NCBI GenBank assembly: GCA_016712535.1
Contig: JADJQW010000002.1
Coordinates: 1,556,458-1,620,457 of the forward strand
DNA length: 64,000 bases
Source: Flavobacteriales bacterium
Lineage (GTDB): Bacteria > Bacteroidota > Bacteroidia > Flavobacteriales_F > PHOS-HE28
Reading direction: 5' to 3'
The position numbers and the translations under genes were made by a program. The notes beneath the pieces are model-generated. The model was not told the DNA's origin. It ran no database searches and was given only the letters and a program-made list of their open reading frames with translations. Below are positions 27,516-37,742 of this stretch, one piece after another (position 1 is the stretch's first letter; each line of letters opens with the position of its first letter).

Positions 27516-28670
27516 ATGAAACCCGCCGAGCACGAACCGAAGCCTGCCAAGCGCCCCTCGCGTTGGCACCTGCCTTTGTGGTGGGCGAACGGCATCGCGG
27601 TCGGGCTGCTGCTGCTCACCTACTTAGCGCCGCATGTCAGTCCGCATGCGTTCTGGCCCTTGGCCTTGCTGGCCTTCGCTTATCCGTTCCAGCTCCTGGC
27701 GCATGCGGGCTTCCTGGTGTACTGGCTGCTCTTCCGCCGTAAGCGCATGCTGCTCTCCGGCTTGGCGCTGCTGATCGGCTACGGGCATCTCGCGGACCAC
27801 ATGCAACTCGCCGGGAGCGCTGCGCCGCCAACTGAGGAACTCGGCGAGCCGGTGAAGCTGCTCAGTTGGAACGTGCGCCTCTTCGACCTTTACAACTGGG
27901 ACGACAACGAGCGCACGCGCGATGCCATCTTCGATGCGCTGGCCCGTGAGGACGCCGGCATCCTCTGCCTGCAGGAGTTCTTCCACAGCACCGACAAGCG
28001 CTACTTCCGCACACGGGATGCGATCATGCATGAACTCGGCTGCCGTTCGGAGCACATGGCCTGGACGCACACTGCCCGTTACGACCAGCACTACGGCATC
28101 GCCACCTTCAGCAAGCATCCGATCACGAGGCGAGGCCGCGTGCACTTCGGCCGGAAGACGAACAACATCTGCATCTGGAGCGACATCAAGCTGGGGACCG
28201 ACACCATTCGGGTCTTCAATGCGCACCTGGCCAGCTTGCACTTCGGCGACGCCGATTACGATTTCCTCGATTCGCTCGGGCATGATCCGAGCACGGAGCT
28301 CCTGAAGCAGCACGGCGGACGCATCGCTGGGCTGCTGCGGAGCGGATTGGTTCGGCGCGCATCCGAAGCGGCCCGGATCGACAGCGCCATGCGCGCCAGC
28401 CCGCATCCGGTGGTCTTCTGCGGCGACATCAACGATGTGCCCATGAGCTATGCCTACCAGCTGCTTCGCGGTGATAAGCGCGATGCCTTCGTGGAGAGCG
28501 GCAGCGGCCTGGGCGGCACCTACATCGGCAGATTGCCCAAGCTCCGCATCGATCACATCCTGCACGATGAGGCCATTGAGTCGTGGGACTTCCAACGGCT
28601 GCCTGAGGAATTGAGCGATCACCATGGGCTCTCAGTGATGGTAGCGGTGAAGCGGGAATCGAACGATTGA
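27516..28670 (+). CDS. endonuclease/exonuclease/phosphatase (EEP) family membrane protein
   Basis: N-terminal TM segments. 'LLSWNVRLFD', 'ILCLQEF' and a C-terminal 'SDHHGL' EEP catalytic block. Confidence 0.7.
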   Translation: MKPAEHEPKPAKRPSRWHLPLWWANGIAVGLLLLTYLAPHVSPHAFWPLALLAFAYPFQLLAHAGFLVYWLLFRRKRMLLSGLALLIGYGHLADHMQLAGSAAPPTEELGEPVKLLSWNVRLFDLYNWDDNERTRDAIFDALAREDAGILCLQEFFHSTDKRYFRTRDAIMHELGCRSEHMAWTHTARYDQHYGIATFSKHPITRRGRVHFGRKTNNICIWSDIKLGTDTIRVFNAHLASLHFGDADYDFLDSLGHDPSTELLKQHGGRIAGLLRSGLVRRASEAARIDSAMRASPHPVVFCGDINDVPMSYAYQLLRGDKRDAFVESGSGLGGTYIGRLPKLRIDHILHDEAIESWDFQRLPEELSDHHGLSVMVAVKRESND

Positions 28671-28737
28671 CCGTTGAAGGTGTATCGCAGCAATGCAAGG
28701 CGCATCCATGCGTTAGCGAACCAATCACCCCGGACCC

Positions 28738-29739
28738 ATGAAGCTTCCCACCGCCATTCTCGCATTGATCGCGCTGATCGTCTTCTTTCCCGCATGCCAG
28801 CGCGCCCCGGATTCCGAATCAGCTAGCGTACCGGAGCATGAAAGCGCGCTCGAAGAAGAGAAGGCTGCAGGGGAGGCCAGTTCACGTTCCCTCAGTTTCG
28901 TCAGCAACGGATTTGCGGACATGTCCGTTGCCGCTGCCGCGGATTCTACCCCGCGCTACATGTCGTCGAGCGCCGCGCGAACCAATGGCGACACCACGCG
29001 CCGCTTCATCCGCACCGCCGATCTCAAGTTCAGGGTGAAGGATGTGGTGCAGGCCACGTATTCGATCGAGGACATCATTGCTGCGCAAGGCGGCCATGTG
29101 GAGCATGCGCACCTCACCACGCGCGTCGATCAGCGCTACACCATGCCTGTTAGCGAGGACAGCCTGTTGGAGACCACACGCTTCACCGTGGTGAGCAACT
29201 CGGTGCTGCGCGTTCCTGTGGGACGCCTCGACACCACCCTGAAGATGCTTGCGCGCTTCGTTGATTTCCTGGATCACCGCACCGTGAAGGCGGAGGATGT
29301 GCGCCCGCTGATGCTCGCGAACCTATTGGAGCAGCGCCGCATCGCACGCTACAACGGCAGGGTGGAGAAGGCCATCGATGAGCAGGGCAAGCGGCTGAAG
29401 GAGACCAGCGCCACGGAAGAGCAACTGCTGAACCGGCAGGAGCAGGCCGACCGCGCTCTGCTGAGCAGCATGAGCCTGCAGGACCGGATCGACTACAGTA
29501 CGATCACGCTCGAGATCTACCAACGGCAGAGCGTGCGTCAGGAGCTGCTCGCCAAAGAGCACGGCGTGGAACGGTACGAGCCGGGCTTCCTCACCAAGCT
29601 GGGCAAGGCCGTGGCGAACGGCTGGCGGATGCTGCTGCGCTTCTTCCTGCTGGTGGCCGGCAATTGGAGCGTGATCCTGCTCGCGGCGATCGCTTTCGTC
29701 CTCATGCGGCGCTGGCTCCGCAAGCGGCCGCAGGGATGA
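28738..29739 (+). CDS. hypothetical lipoprotein with C-terminal transmembrane anchor (DUF4349-like architecture)
   Basis: 'ALIALIVFFPACQ' lipobox, coiled-coil middle and C-terminal TM segment 'LLVAGNWSVILLAAIAFVL'. Confidence 0.45.
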   Translation: MKLPTAILALIALIVFFPACQRAPDSESASVPEHESALEEEKAAGEASSRSLSFVSNGFADMSVAAAADSTPRYMSSSAARTNGDTTRRFIRTADLKFRVKDVVQATYSIEDIIAAQGGHVEHAHLTTRVDQRYTMPVSEDSLLETTRFTVVSNSVLRVPVGRLDTTLKMLARFVDFLDHRTVKAEDVRPLMLANLLEQRRIARYNGRVEKAIDEQGKRLKETSATEEQLLNRQEQADRALLSSMSLQDRIDYSTITLEIYQRQSVRQELLAKEHGVERYEPGFLTKLGKAVANGWRMLLRFFLLVAGNWSVILLAAIAFVLMRRWLRKRPQG

Positions 29740-29782
29740 GCGCCCGCCGGTACGGCGTAGATTCGGGCGCGAATCAAGTGCC

Positions 29783-32221
29783 ATGACAGCAAGACTCACG
29801 CTCGCCTGTTCCACGCTCTTCCTTTCCTGCGCCACCGCCCTGGCCCAGCCCCGCATCCACGGCTGCCTGGTGCTGCGCGATGGAGCCGCTCCGCCTCGTC
29901 CGCAGGCGCTCACGCCCGATGAGCGCGACCTGATCGATGAGACGATCGCGCGCAGCGACACCTTCGACATCCTGCACTACGACATCAGCCTCGATGTCAC
30001 CGATTACACCGGGCAGGCGATCACGGCCTCCACCACCGTCACCTATGCCGCGCGCATGCCGGGCCAAACAGGCATCCGCTTCGACCTTGTGGCGCTCACG
30101 GTGGACTCCGTGATCGGCGCCAATGGCCCGCTCGCCTTCACGCACGACGGCCAATTCCTGGATGTGCAGCTTGAGGATGAGCCAACGGTGGGCGAGGAGC
30201 AGCAGCTCACCGTGCATTACCACGGGCAGCCCATCGGCGACCCTAGCTGGGGCGGCTTCTACTTCGCCAGCAACTACATCTACAACCTGGGCATCGGCCT
30301 CACCACGGTGCCGCCCAACTTCGGCAAGGTGTGGTACCCCTGCTTCGACAGCTTCATGGAGCGCGCGGCGTACACCTTCCATGTGAAGAGCGCGGGTGGG
30401 CGCTGGCTGCTGGGACAAGGCGATTTCATCGGTGAGGTGCAGCTCGGCGGCGATACCGTGATCCGCAGCTACGAACTGCCGCATGCGATCCCCACGCACG
30501 TGAGCGCCATCGCCGTTGCCAATTACGCCGAGAACAACTACACGCACTCCGGCGCGTACGGCGACATCCCAGTGTCGCTCCGTGCCAAGCCCACGCAGCT
30601 CAGCGCCATGGTGGGCAAGTTCGGCGACCTGGGCGGGTGCATCGATGCGCTCGAGCATTGGTACGGACCGTACCCGTATGGCCGGATCGGCTATGTGCTC
30701 ACCACCGATGGCGCCTTGGAGATCGTCACCAACATCGCTTACCCGGACTTCATGCCGGGGCAGCCCGTGGGACAGAACCGAGACCTCTATGCCCATGAGC
30801 TGGGACACCATTGGTGGGGCGATAAGGTGACACCGCGCGTGCACAACCATATGTGGCTGAAGGAAGGTCCGGCTGAGTACAGCGGCCATCTCTTCGAGGA
30901 ATGGCTCAACGGACGTGAGGCCATGGTGAACAAGGTGAAGGATAACCTGCTCGACATCCTCACCACTGCGCACGGCGATGATGACGGCTTCCAAGCGCTT
31001 TCGCCCATGCCCGATGAGCACATCTACGGCACGCATACCTACTACAAGGGCGCTGCAGTGATGCACAACCTGCGCGGCTACCTCGGTGACACGCTCTTCC
31101 GCGAGGCCATGCGCGAATCGCAGATGCGCCTGGCCGATACCGTGATCACGCCCGAGATGTGGCGCGATACCATGGAGCTGATCACCGGCCGCGACCTGCA
31201 TCCCTTCTTCGACGATTGGGTCTTCAGCCCCGGCTATTCGGTCTTCGAGGTGAGGTCGTTCACCGCGCAGGAAGGCGACATGAACTGGTTGGTCGATCTG
31301 CGCATCGGTCAGAAGCTCTATGGAACCACGGGGCTGCATGGCGAGACCCCGCTCGACCTCACCCTGATCGGCGCCGATGGGCAGACCCACGAATCGCCCA
31401 TCACCGCGAGCGGACTGCTCACGGAAGTCTCGGTCAGCTGCCCCTTCGAGCCGGTGATGGCCGTGCTCAACCGCTACCAGCGCTTGAATCAGGCGCGCAT
31501 GGACCACGAGATCAGCGTGGTGCCGGGCGTGGCTTTCTCCAGCGCCTTGCCGCGGGTGGAGTTCCGGCTGTACGCCACCGCGCTCACCGACACGACGCTC
31601 GTCCGGGTGGATCACATCTGGAGCGGAGCCGATGAGGACCTCGGCTGGAGCATCGCCCAAGTGAGCGGCACGCACTACTGGAACGTCGATGGCCTTTGGC
31701 CCGAAGGAACAGTGCTGCGCGCGCGCTTCATGTACCTGGGATCAACGCCGGGCCAGTTCGATCAAGCGCTGATCAATGGCGACGAGACGGGCATGGTGAT
31801 GGTGTGGCGGCCCAACGCCGACGTGCCATGGCAGATCCATCCCGACCAAGTGCTCACAGCAGGCAGCACCACCAACGGCACCGGCTGGATCGATGTGAAC
31901 ACGCTTTACAAGGGCCAGTATGCCTTCGCGAAGGCCAGCGGTTTCATCGGTGTGCAAGAGCACGCGAGCGATCCGGCATTCGCGGTCTTCCCGGTGCCTG
32001 CGGATGAGGCCATCACGGTGCGGCTCAGCGAGCCGGCGCACGGTGCGTTGCAGCTGAAGGTGCTCGATGCGCAAGGCAAGCTCGTGATGCATGCCGTGCG
32101 CCGAACAGCGGCAGAGCTGCGGATCGATACGAGCGCCCTGCCCCCTGGCGCTTATACGCTGCAGGCGGCCATGCTTGAGGGCGAAGTGCTCGGCGCGCGC
32201 AGCTTCCATGTTGCCCGCTGA
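29783..32221 (+). CDS. M1-family zinc metallopeptidase (aminopeptidase N-like) with T9SS type-A C-terminal sorting domain
   Basis: 'HELGHHWWGD' HExxH followed by 'WLKEGPAEY', the Glu of the HExxHx18E motif. Signal peptide present. C-terminus '...GAYTLQAAMLEGEVLGARSFHV' is sorting-domain-like. Confidence 0.8.
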   Translation: MTARLTLACSTLFLSCATALAQPRIHGCLVLRDGAAPPRPQALTPDERDLIDETIARSDTFDILHYDISLDVTDYTGQAITASTTVTYAARMPGQTGIRFDLVALTVDSVIGANGPLAFTHDGQFLDVQLEDEPTVGEEQQLTVHYHGQPIGDPSWGGFYFASNYIYNLGIGLTTVPPNFGKVWYPCFDSFMERAAYTFHVKSAGGRWLLGQGDFIGEVQLGGDTVIRSYELPHAIPTHVSAIAVANYAENNYTHSGAYGDIPVSLRAKPTQLSAMVGKFGDLGGCIDALEHWYGPYPYGRIGYVLTTDGALEIVTNIAYPDFMPGQPVGQNRDLYAHELGHHWWGDKVTPRVHNHMWLKEGPAEYSGHLFEEWLNGREAMVNKVKDNLLDILTTAHGDDDGFQALSPMPDEHIYGTHTYYKGAAVMHNLRGYLGDTLFREAMRESQMRLADTVITPEMWRDTMELITGRDLHPFFDDWVFSPGYSVFEVRSFTAQEGDMNWLVDLRIGQKLYGTTGLHGETPLDLTLIGADGQTHESPITASGLLTEVSVSCPFEPVMAVLNRYQRLNQARMDHEISVVPGVAFSSALPRVEFRLYATALTDTTLVRVDHIWSGADEDLGWSIAQVSGTHYWNVDGLWPEGTVLRARFMYLGSTPGQFDQALINGDETGMVMVWRPNADVPWQIHPDQVLTAGSTTNGTGWIDVNTLYKGQYAFAKASGFIGVQEHASDPAFAVFPVPADEAITVRLSEPAHGALQLKVLDAQGKLVMHAVRRTAAELRIDTSALPPGAYTLQAAMLEGEVLGARSFHVAR

Positions 32222-33266
32222 GGAGCCTTTCGTTGGCGCAGGGCTGAAGAAGCTCCTCTATCCCGTCAGCGCTGGATTGCGAGCCTACTTGGAGCATGGT
32301 GGACGGGCGGGTGGATTGCCGATCGCCTATGGCGACCTGATGCGCCATGATGGCGTGCTGCCCAGGCGCGGTCCCGATGGCGAGGACACCTTGTGGCAGA
32401 CCGTGCTCTATCGTCCGGCCGACCGGGACGAACTGGATCAGAGCCTGGTGGAGACCTACCAGCGGCTCGTCGCCGACGGGCGGCGCATCGAGCATTTGCG
32501 GATCGGCGGGGTGGACCTCTGCCCGTATGGCAATTCGCAGCCCTTCCGGGTGAAGGTGATCAACCAGATCAATGACAACCACGACTACTTCTACGTGAAG
32601 CGCACCGATGCCAATCGCGTGTACGGACTGGAGCTCGAGCACCTGCTCTCGCCATATCGCATCAGCTATCTGGTGGAGGGGGCCACACTGGTTGAGGAGC
32701 ACATCATCGGCGTGCCGGGCGATGCCTTCATCGCCGATCCCGCGCGCTATGGCGGCAAGCTGAACAGCGTGCGCCTGTGCAAGGAGTTCGTGAAGTTCAA
32801 CGAGCGCTGCTTCGTGCGGCTGCTGGGCGATATGCGCGCCTACAACTTCGTGGTGGATGCCATCCACGACGTGGACCAGGTGCAGTACCGCTTCCGCGCC
32901 ATCGACCTCGACCAGCAGAGCCACGACGGCCGCTTGCGCGGCTACCTGCCCCAGTTCTACAAGGAGAACCTGCCCTATGTGCAGCTCGCGCAGCAAGCCA
33001 TCGGCGCTGCCACCGCCGCGCAGTACCGGAATGAGGAACGCGCGCTCATGCGTAAACGGGCTCGGTTGGCAGAAGGCCGGTTGAACGCCTTGATCGCCGC
33101 CATGAAGGCGGATGCGATCGCACCGGAGGAGAATGTCCGGCAGCTCGCCGATGAATTGGCCGCGCACCACCGTGATGCGGCATACAAGGGCCTGCCCACC
33201 ATGGGCCACCTGCTCGAGCGCCACCTGTACCAGTGCCTCTTCGACCCCGCGGCCGGCGACGAGTAA
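32208..33266 (+). CDS. hypothetical protein
   Basis: Long ORF with coding-like composition. Start chosen at the first ATG after the upstream stop region; it overlaps the M1 gene end. No family recognised. Confidence 0.4.
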   Translation: MLPAEEPFVGAGLKKLLYPVSAGLRAYLEHGGRAGGLPIAYGDLMRHDGVLPRRGPDGEDTLWQTVLYRPADRDELDQSLVETYQRLVADGRRIEHLRIGGVDLCPYGNSQPFRVKVINQINDNHDYFYVKRTDANRVYGLELEHLLSPYRISYLVEGATLVEEHIIGVPGDAFIADPARYGGKLNSVRLCKEFVKFNERCFVRLLGDMRAYNFVVDAIHDVDQVQYRFRAIDLDQQSHDGRLRGYLPQFYKENLPYVQLAQQAIGAATAAQYRNEERALMRKRARLAEGRLNALIAAMKADAIAPEENVRQLADELAAHHRDAAYKGLPTMGHLLERHLYQCLFDPAAGDE

Positions 33267-33357
33267 GGGCGGAAGCCCGCCGGGCATGAACCTTCGGCCG
33301 ATTGATGCCGTAGGAGCGCCCCGACCGCCGGGTACCGGTGTGCGAAAACGCTCCATC

Positions 33358-34098
33358 ATGGCTCTGAACCGACTCTTCCTTGCTGCCCTTCTCGCGTTGT
33401 CCTCACAGGCATACGGGCAGCAGTACCGAATCGAGTACCGCTGGCTGAATTTCCCGTGCAGCGAGATCCTGAACTGCGACGCCGGCTGCAGCGCATGCAA
33501 CATCCCCGATGCCTTGGGCGGTGCGCTCATCGGAACCAATGCGGCTTGGATCGGCGTGCAGACCTGCCCGTTGCCGGTGACGGTTGCGGATAATGCCATC
33601 TTCACGGCAGGCTGGCCGGTGCAGCCCGGACCCGACCATAGCGTGGTCTTCAACGTGATTGCCACGGCCCCGGTGCGCATCGACAGCATACGTTTCCGTC
33701 ACGCCATCTATCAGGACGGGCCGCAGCGCGTCAAGGTGCTCTACACCGGCGACGTTGCCCAGCCCTTGCAAGAGGTAGCCGATGCCCAAGTGCCCACCGC
33801 ATGGACCGATGTGACCTTGACCGGCCTCGGCGATGTGGTGATCCCGGAGGGCAATCCCTTCGGCACCCTGCAGATCCGATTCCAGCCTTATGAGGGCGGC
33901 AGCGGCGGCTGGGCGATTGATGAGCTCATCCTCTCCGCAAGTCCCTTGCAGAACGCTCAGACCGGCATCGCCGAGGTGCACCAACGTGCTCCTTCCGTGC
34001 GCGGTCCGCTTTACGATGTGATGGGCCGCCCGGTGGGCAATGAGCGCGCCCCGGGACTTTATCAGCAACAAGGCCGACGCATCGTACAGGTGGATTGA
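33358..34098 (+). CDS. small secreted protein with T9SS sorting-domain-like C-terminus
   Basis: ATG at 33358 followed by 'MALNRLFLAALLALSSQAYGQ'. The N-terminal Cys-rich block is 'CSEILNCDAGCSACNIPD'. C-terminus '...LYDVMGRPVGNERAPGLYQQQGRRIVQVD'. Confidence 0.5.
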   Translation: MALNRLFLAALLALSSQAYGQQYRIEYRWLNFPCSEILNCDAGCSACNIPDALGGALIGTNAAWIGVQTCPLPVTVADNAIFTAGWPVQPGPDHSVVFNVIATAPVRIDSIRFRHAIYQDGPQRVKVLYTGDVAQPLQEVADAQVPTAWTDVTLTGLGDVVIPEGNPFGTLQIRFQPYEGGSGGWAIDELILSASPLQNAQTGIAEVHQRAPSVRGPLYDVMGRPVGNERAPGLYQQQGRRIVQVD

Positions 34099-34154
34099 TC
34101 CCGATAACCAATTGCTCGGACGCCGATGGTTGATCGCCATCGGCGTCCGTATTG

Positions 34155-34634
34155 TCAGCGGATCACGATACCGCGATCTTGCCCATCCAACTCGATAAGG
34201 AAGGAGTGGAGCGTTGTGCTAGGGAGGACTGTGGTATCTCCGCTTAGAATGATCAACAGCCGGTCGAGGTCGGCGAAGCATTCGGGAACGCACATCCAAG
34301 GATTCACCTCCCTGCCGGTGCGTAGCGCGGCGCCGGCCGGAATGGTCACCGTTACGCGCGTCAATCCGGCCCGCTCTATCGCGCCAATGGGCATTTCGTC
34401 GCCGATGGAATTGCGCTTCGCGTCGAACGCATGCAAAGTGGGGGAGTCGGAGAAGAGCCTGTTGTATCCATGCTCATAGCGACGTGAGTAGGAGACGATG
34501 ATGTCCGCGCCGGACGCGTTGCATACATAGAAGGATGCGATGTATGAGCAACTGTTGAGGCTGACGGTGAGCGGGACCAGCCACGCGAGCTTGAAAACCG
34601 ACGTTGATCCAGTGCGCACTGGACTTCGGTTCAT
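34155..34634 (-). CDS. hypothetical lipoprotein
   Basis: Internal Met 'MNRSPVRTGSTSVFKLAWLVPLTVSLNSCSY', ~159 aa. Confidence 0.4.
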   Translation of the reverse strand: MNRSPVRTGSTSVFKLAWLVPLTVSLNSCSYIASFYVCNASGADIIVSYSRRYEHGYNRLFSDSPTLHAFDAKRNSIGDEMPIGAIERAGLTRVTVTIPAGAALRTGREVNPWMCVPECFADLDRLLIILSGDTTVLPSTTLHSFLIELDGQDRGIVIR

Positions 34635-35023
34635 GGTTCGGTCCTCAATCCAGCATCCTGCCAGCCGGTGATCCCGGCCGGCATGCAATGCACCTTCGTG
34701 TACCCTAGGCTAATGGCCGATTCCGCCGCCATGCGCGCAGCCGGGCATTCGGGGCTCCAGCAATAGAACACGATGGGCTGCGCCCTGTCGGCCGGAAGCT
34801 GGTCGGCTTTGATGGCATCGTACACGAGAAGCTTGGCGCCGGGAAGGTGCGCATCCGCATACGTGAAATCCTCGTTCACATCGGCGAGGAAGACCGTGCC
34901 CCGGAGCATGGCGAGCACTTCCTCCGGGGTGACTTCGATCACTGCCCACGCTGTTAGGCCATCGGACTGGGCAGAGCACAGGGAGGCCATGACGGCGAAT
35001 AGTGCGGCGGTGCCGATGCGCAT
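34631..35023 (-). CDS. rhodanese-like (sulfurtransferase) domain protein, secreted
   Basis: Signal peptide 'MRIGTAALFAVMASLCSAQ'. 'IVFYCWSPECPAARMAA' is a rhodanese active-site Cys loop. 'GYTKVHCMPAGITGW'. Confidence 0.6.
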   Translation of the reverse strand: MRIGTAALFAVMASLCSAQSDGLTAWAVIEVTPEEVLAMLRGTVFLADVNEDFTYADAHLPGAKLLVYDAIKADQLPADRAQPIVFYCWSPECPAARMAAESAISLGYTKVHCMPAGITGWQDAGLRTEP

Positions 35024-35186
35024 GGTGCCCAAAGCTGCTGAAAGATTCCGATCCTGCAAGCCTGCACCGCATGGGCGGTCCGGCGCAACCAATCGCTTCA
35101 TCAGACAAAGGCCCTTGCTCCGATGCCAGGCTTCCGCCTACTTTCGGTGGCCTGTTCGCAGTTGTTCAGGTCCAACCGCAAATACC

Positions 35187-35948
35187 ATGAAGCAGTTCCT
35201 CATCGCCACCGCGCTCCTCTTCGGCAGCGCTCCGCTGAACGCGCAGGATGCGGTCAGCACCCTCTTCGCACCGAAGCGCATCGTGAAGACCAACCTCGTC
35301 GGCTATGCGCTGCTGTCGGTCAACGCGAACTACGAGCAGAAGACCGGCGGCAAGACCTCGGTGGGCCTTCTGGCCGGCTACAAATTGCCGAATGTGATCA
35401 AGGTCGAGGCCATCGGCACCATCGATGGCGAGAAGCAGACCTATACCGGTGACATCGAGCCGAAGGGCCTCTTCCTGAACCCCTATTTCCGGTTCTACCC
35501 GAAGGAGACCTTCAAAGGCTTCTATGTGGAAGCCTTCCTGCGCTACTTCGACTACAACTTCCTGCTGCCCTACGATTATGAGAAGAATGGCGGGAAGATC
35601 CGCGCCAACGCTGATGGCAGCGCCACGGCCTTCGGCGGTGGATTGGCCTTGGGCGCGCAGTTCCCTCTCGGCCCGCGCGTGTACATGGACCTCAACCTCG
35701 GCTATGGCATGGCCGTGGGCAATGCGCACCTGGAGACCAACGATCCGAACCTGGAGCTGGAGGATTACCAGACGATCCAGCAGAACATCGAGAAGTACCA
35801 GGACGACGAGGATATCCAGGTCTTCATCCTGGGCGACATCCTCACGGACCCAAAGGCCGGGTCGAGCGACACCAAGGCCTGGGCCGATTTCGAGAACAAG
35901 GTCTTCGCGATCATGCGCGGCGGTATCTGCATCGGCTACGCGTTCTGA
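35187..35948 (+). CDS. outer-membrane beta-barrel protein (DUF3575-like)
   Basis: ATG at 35187 followed by 'MKQFLIATALLFGSAPLNAQD'. 'KTNLVGYALLSVNANYE' and alternating aromatic/hydrophobic strands. C-terminal aromatic 'GYAF'. Confidence 0.5.
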   Translation: MKQFLIATALLFGSAPLNAQDAVSTLFAPKRIVKTNLVGYALLSVNANYEQKTGGKTSVGLLAGYKLPNVIKVEAIGTIDGEKQTYTGDIEPKGLFLNPYFRFYPKETFKGFYVEAFLRYFDYNFLLPYDYEKNGGKIRANADGSATAFGGGLALGAQFPLGPRVYMDLNLGYGMAVGNAHLETNDPNLELEDYQTIQQNIEKYQDDEDIQVFILGDILTDPKAGSSDTKAWADFENKVFAIMRGGICIGYAF

Positions 35949-36128
35949 GCTTGAAGCGCTCTCCTTGAAGGCCTCGGAGCGATCCGGGGCCTTCACCGTT
36001 CTGGTGCATGCGCACCATGTGCAAGCGGGTGCGCGGGCCTTTGATTGGCAGGCATCACAGGCGGCGATGCGCACGGAGCCGGTTGTTATTGGCAACTTCC
36101 GCATCGTCGTTGAACCAAACGCCCTGGC

Positions 36129-37658
36129 ATGCATCTTCGGCTCATGAGAATCAAGCTCGGGCTCGTCGCTATGATGTTCGTCCACCTCGTTTCCACGGCG
36201 CAGCAGCCCAATATCCTGCTCGTGATCGCCGACGACGTGGGCCTGGATCCCGTGCCCGGCTATCTGCCCGGTCCGCTGAAGGCCACCATGCCCAACCTCA
36301 GCGCGCTGATGGCGCAAGGGCTCAGCTTCGATAATGTTTGGGCCAGCCCGCTGTGCTCGCCCACGCGCAGCACCATCATCACCGGCCGCTACGGCTACCA
36401 GACCGGGGTGCTTAATCCAGGCGAGCTCTCACTGCTGCCAGCGGACGAGATCACGCTGCACCGCTACCTCACCGACAATGGCAGCGGATACGCCTCGTGC
36501 ATCATCGGCAAGTGGCACTTGGGTGGCTCAACGCCTGATCCTGCTTATCCGAATGTGATGGGCGTACCGCACTATGCGGGCCTGCTCAGCGGCGCGGTGA
36601 ACAACTACAGCACCTGGCCGCTTACCATCAACGGAAGCACATCGCCCTGCACCGAGTACATCACCACCAAGATCACGGACATGGCCATCGATTGGATCAA
36701 CCAGCAGACGGCTCCGTGGTTCTGCTGGGTGGCGTACAACGCGCCGCACACGCCTTATCACTTGCCGCCGCTCAGCATGCACAGCCAGGGCGCCTTGCCC
36801 GCCGATCAGGCCAGCATCAACGCCAATCCGCTGCCCTACTACCTGGCCATGCTCGAGAGCGTGGACCATGAGCTCGGTCGGCTGCTGGCTGCACTCACGC
36901 CTGCAGAACTCGCGAACACCGTGGTCCTCTTCATCGGCGATAACGGCACTGAGGTGGATGTGATCCAAGCGCCATACCTGCAGAACCACGCCAAAGGCAC
37001 CCTGTACGAAGGCGGCGTGCGCGTGCCCTTCGTGATGGCCGGCCCCGGCGTTACGCGCGCAGGAGAGCGGGAAGATGCGCTGGTGAGCAGCGTTGACCTC
37101 TTCGCCACGATCGTGGAACTCACCGGCGTCGCGCTTCCTGCATACGAGCAGAGCCGGAGCCTCGTGCCCCTGCTCACGCAGAGCGGGCAATCGGTGCGGT
37201 CCTGCCTCTACACCGATGTGTCCATCACCGGCAGCAGCGGCAGCGCCATCCGCGATGCGCGGTGGAAGCTCATCAACTTCGATAACGGGCAGCAGCGCTT
37301 CTACGACCTGCTCAATGACCCGTGGGAAGAAGCGAACCTGCTGCTCGGAGGGCTCACGCAGGCGGAGCAGATCGCCTTTGATGCGCTGAATAATGCCTGC
37401 GACCTGAGCACCAGCGTGCCAGCCCAGCAAGCAGGAACCTCGTTCAGCATCCGACCCAACCCCGTTAGCGATGTCTTGCTTGTGGATGCTCCAAGCGATG
37501 CGCCTGTGGATGTGCTGATTCGAGATGCGCTTGGTAGGGTGGTGCTTCAGCAGTCGGCAACGAGGCGCTTGGAGCTGGTCGGCCTGAAGCGCGGCATCTA
37601 CGCAGTCGAGCTTGAACAAAGGGAAAGAAGGGAAGTGATCCGGATGGTGAAGGAGTGA
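36129..37658 (+). CDS. arylsulfatase-family protein with T9SS type-A C-terminal sorting domain
   Basis: 'LLVIADDVGLD' and 'CSPTRSTIITGRY' (the C-x-P-x-R formylglycine site). C-terminus 'SFSIRPNPVSDVLLVDA...GIYAVELEQ'. Confidence 0.8.
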   Translation: MHLRLMRIKLGLVAMMFVHLVSTAQQPNILLVIADDVGLDPVPGYLPGPLKATMPNLSALMAQGLSFDNVWASPLCSPTRSTIITGRYGYQTGVLNPGELSLLPADEITLHRYLTDNGSGYASCIIGKWHLGGSTPDPAYPNVMGVPHYAGLLSGAVNNYSTWPLTINGSTSPCTEYITTKITDMAIDWINQQTAPWFCWVAYNAPHTPYHLPPLSMHSQGALPADQASINANPLPYYLAMLESVDHELGRLLAALTPAELANTVVLFIGDNGTEVDVIQAPYLQNHAKGTLYEGGVRVPFVMAGPGVTRAGEREDALVSSVDLFATIVELTGVALPAYEQSRSLVPLLTQSGQSVRSCLYTDVSITGSSGSAIRDARWKLINFDNGQQRFYDLLNDPWEEANLLLGGLTQAEQIAFDALNNACDLSTSVPAQQAGTSFSIRPNPVSDVLLVDAPSDAPVDVLIRDALGRVVLQQSATRRLELVGLKRGIYAVELEQRERREVIRMVKE

Positions 37659-37742
37659 CGAGCGATCTTGATTGCCCCGGCATGAACGGAGCCTCGGCCA
37701 TGGCCGGCAGCGCTCATGGCCCTTGGAACCCAACTTCGCGCC

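Noticed and set aside
23909-28670. mutL followed by tandem rhomboids and an EEP-family gene, considered as a novel system
   Set aside because: This gene order looks like ordinary conserved housekeeping synteny in Bacteroidota. Nothing in the sequence suggests a defence or mobile function.
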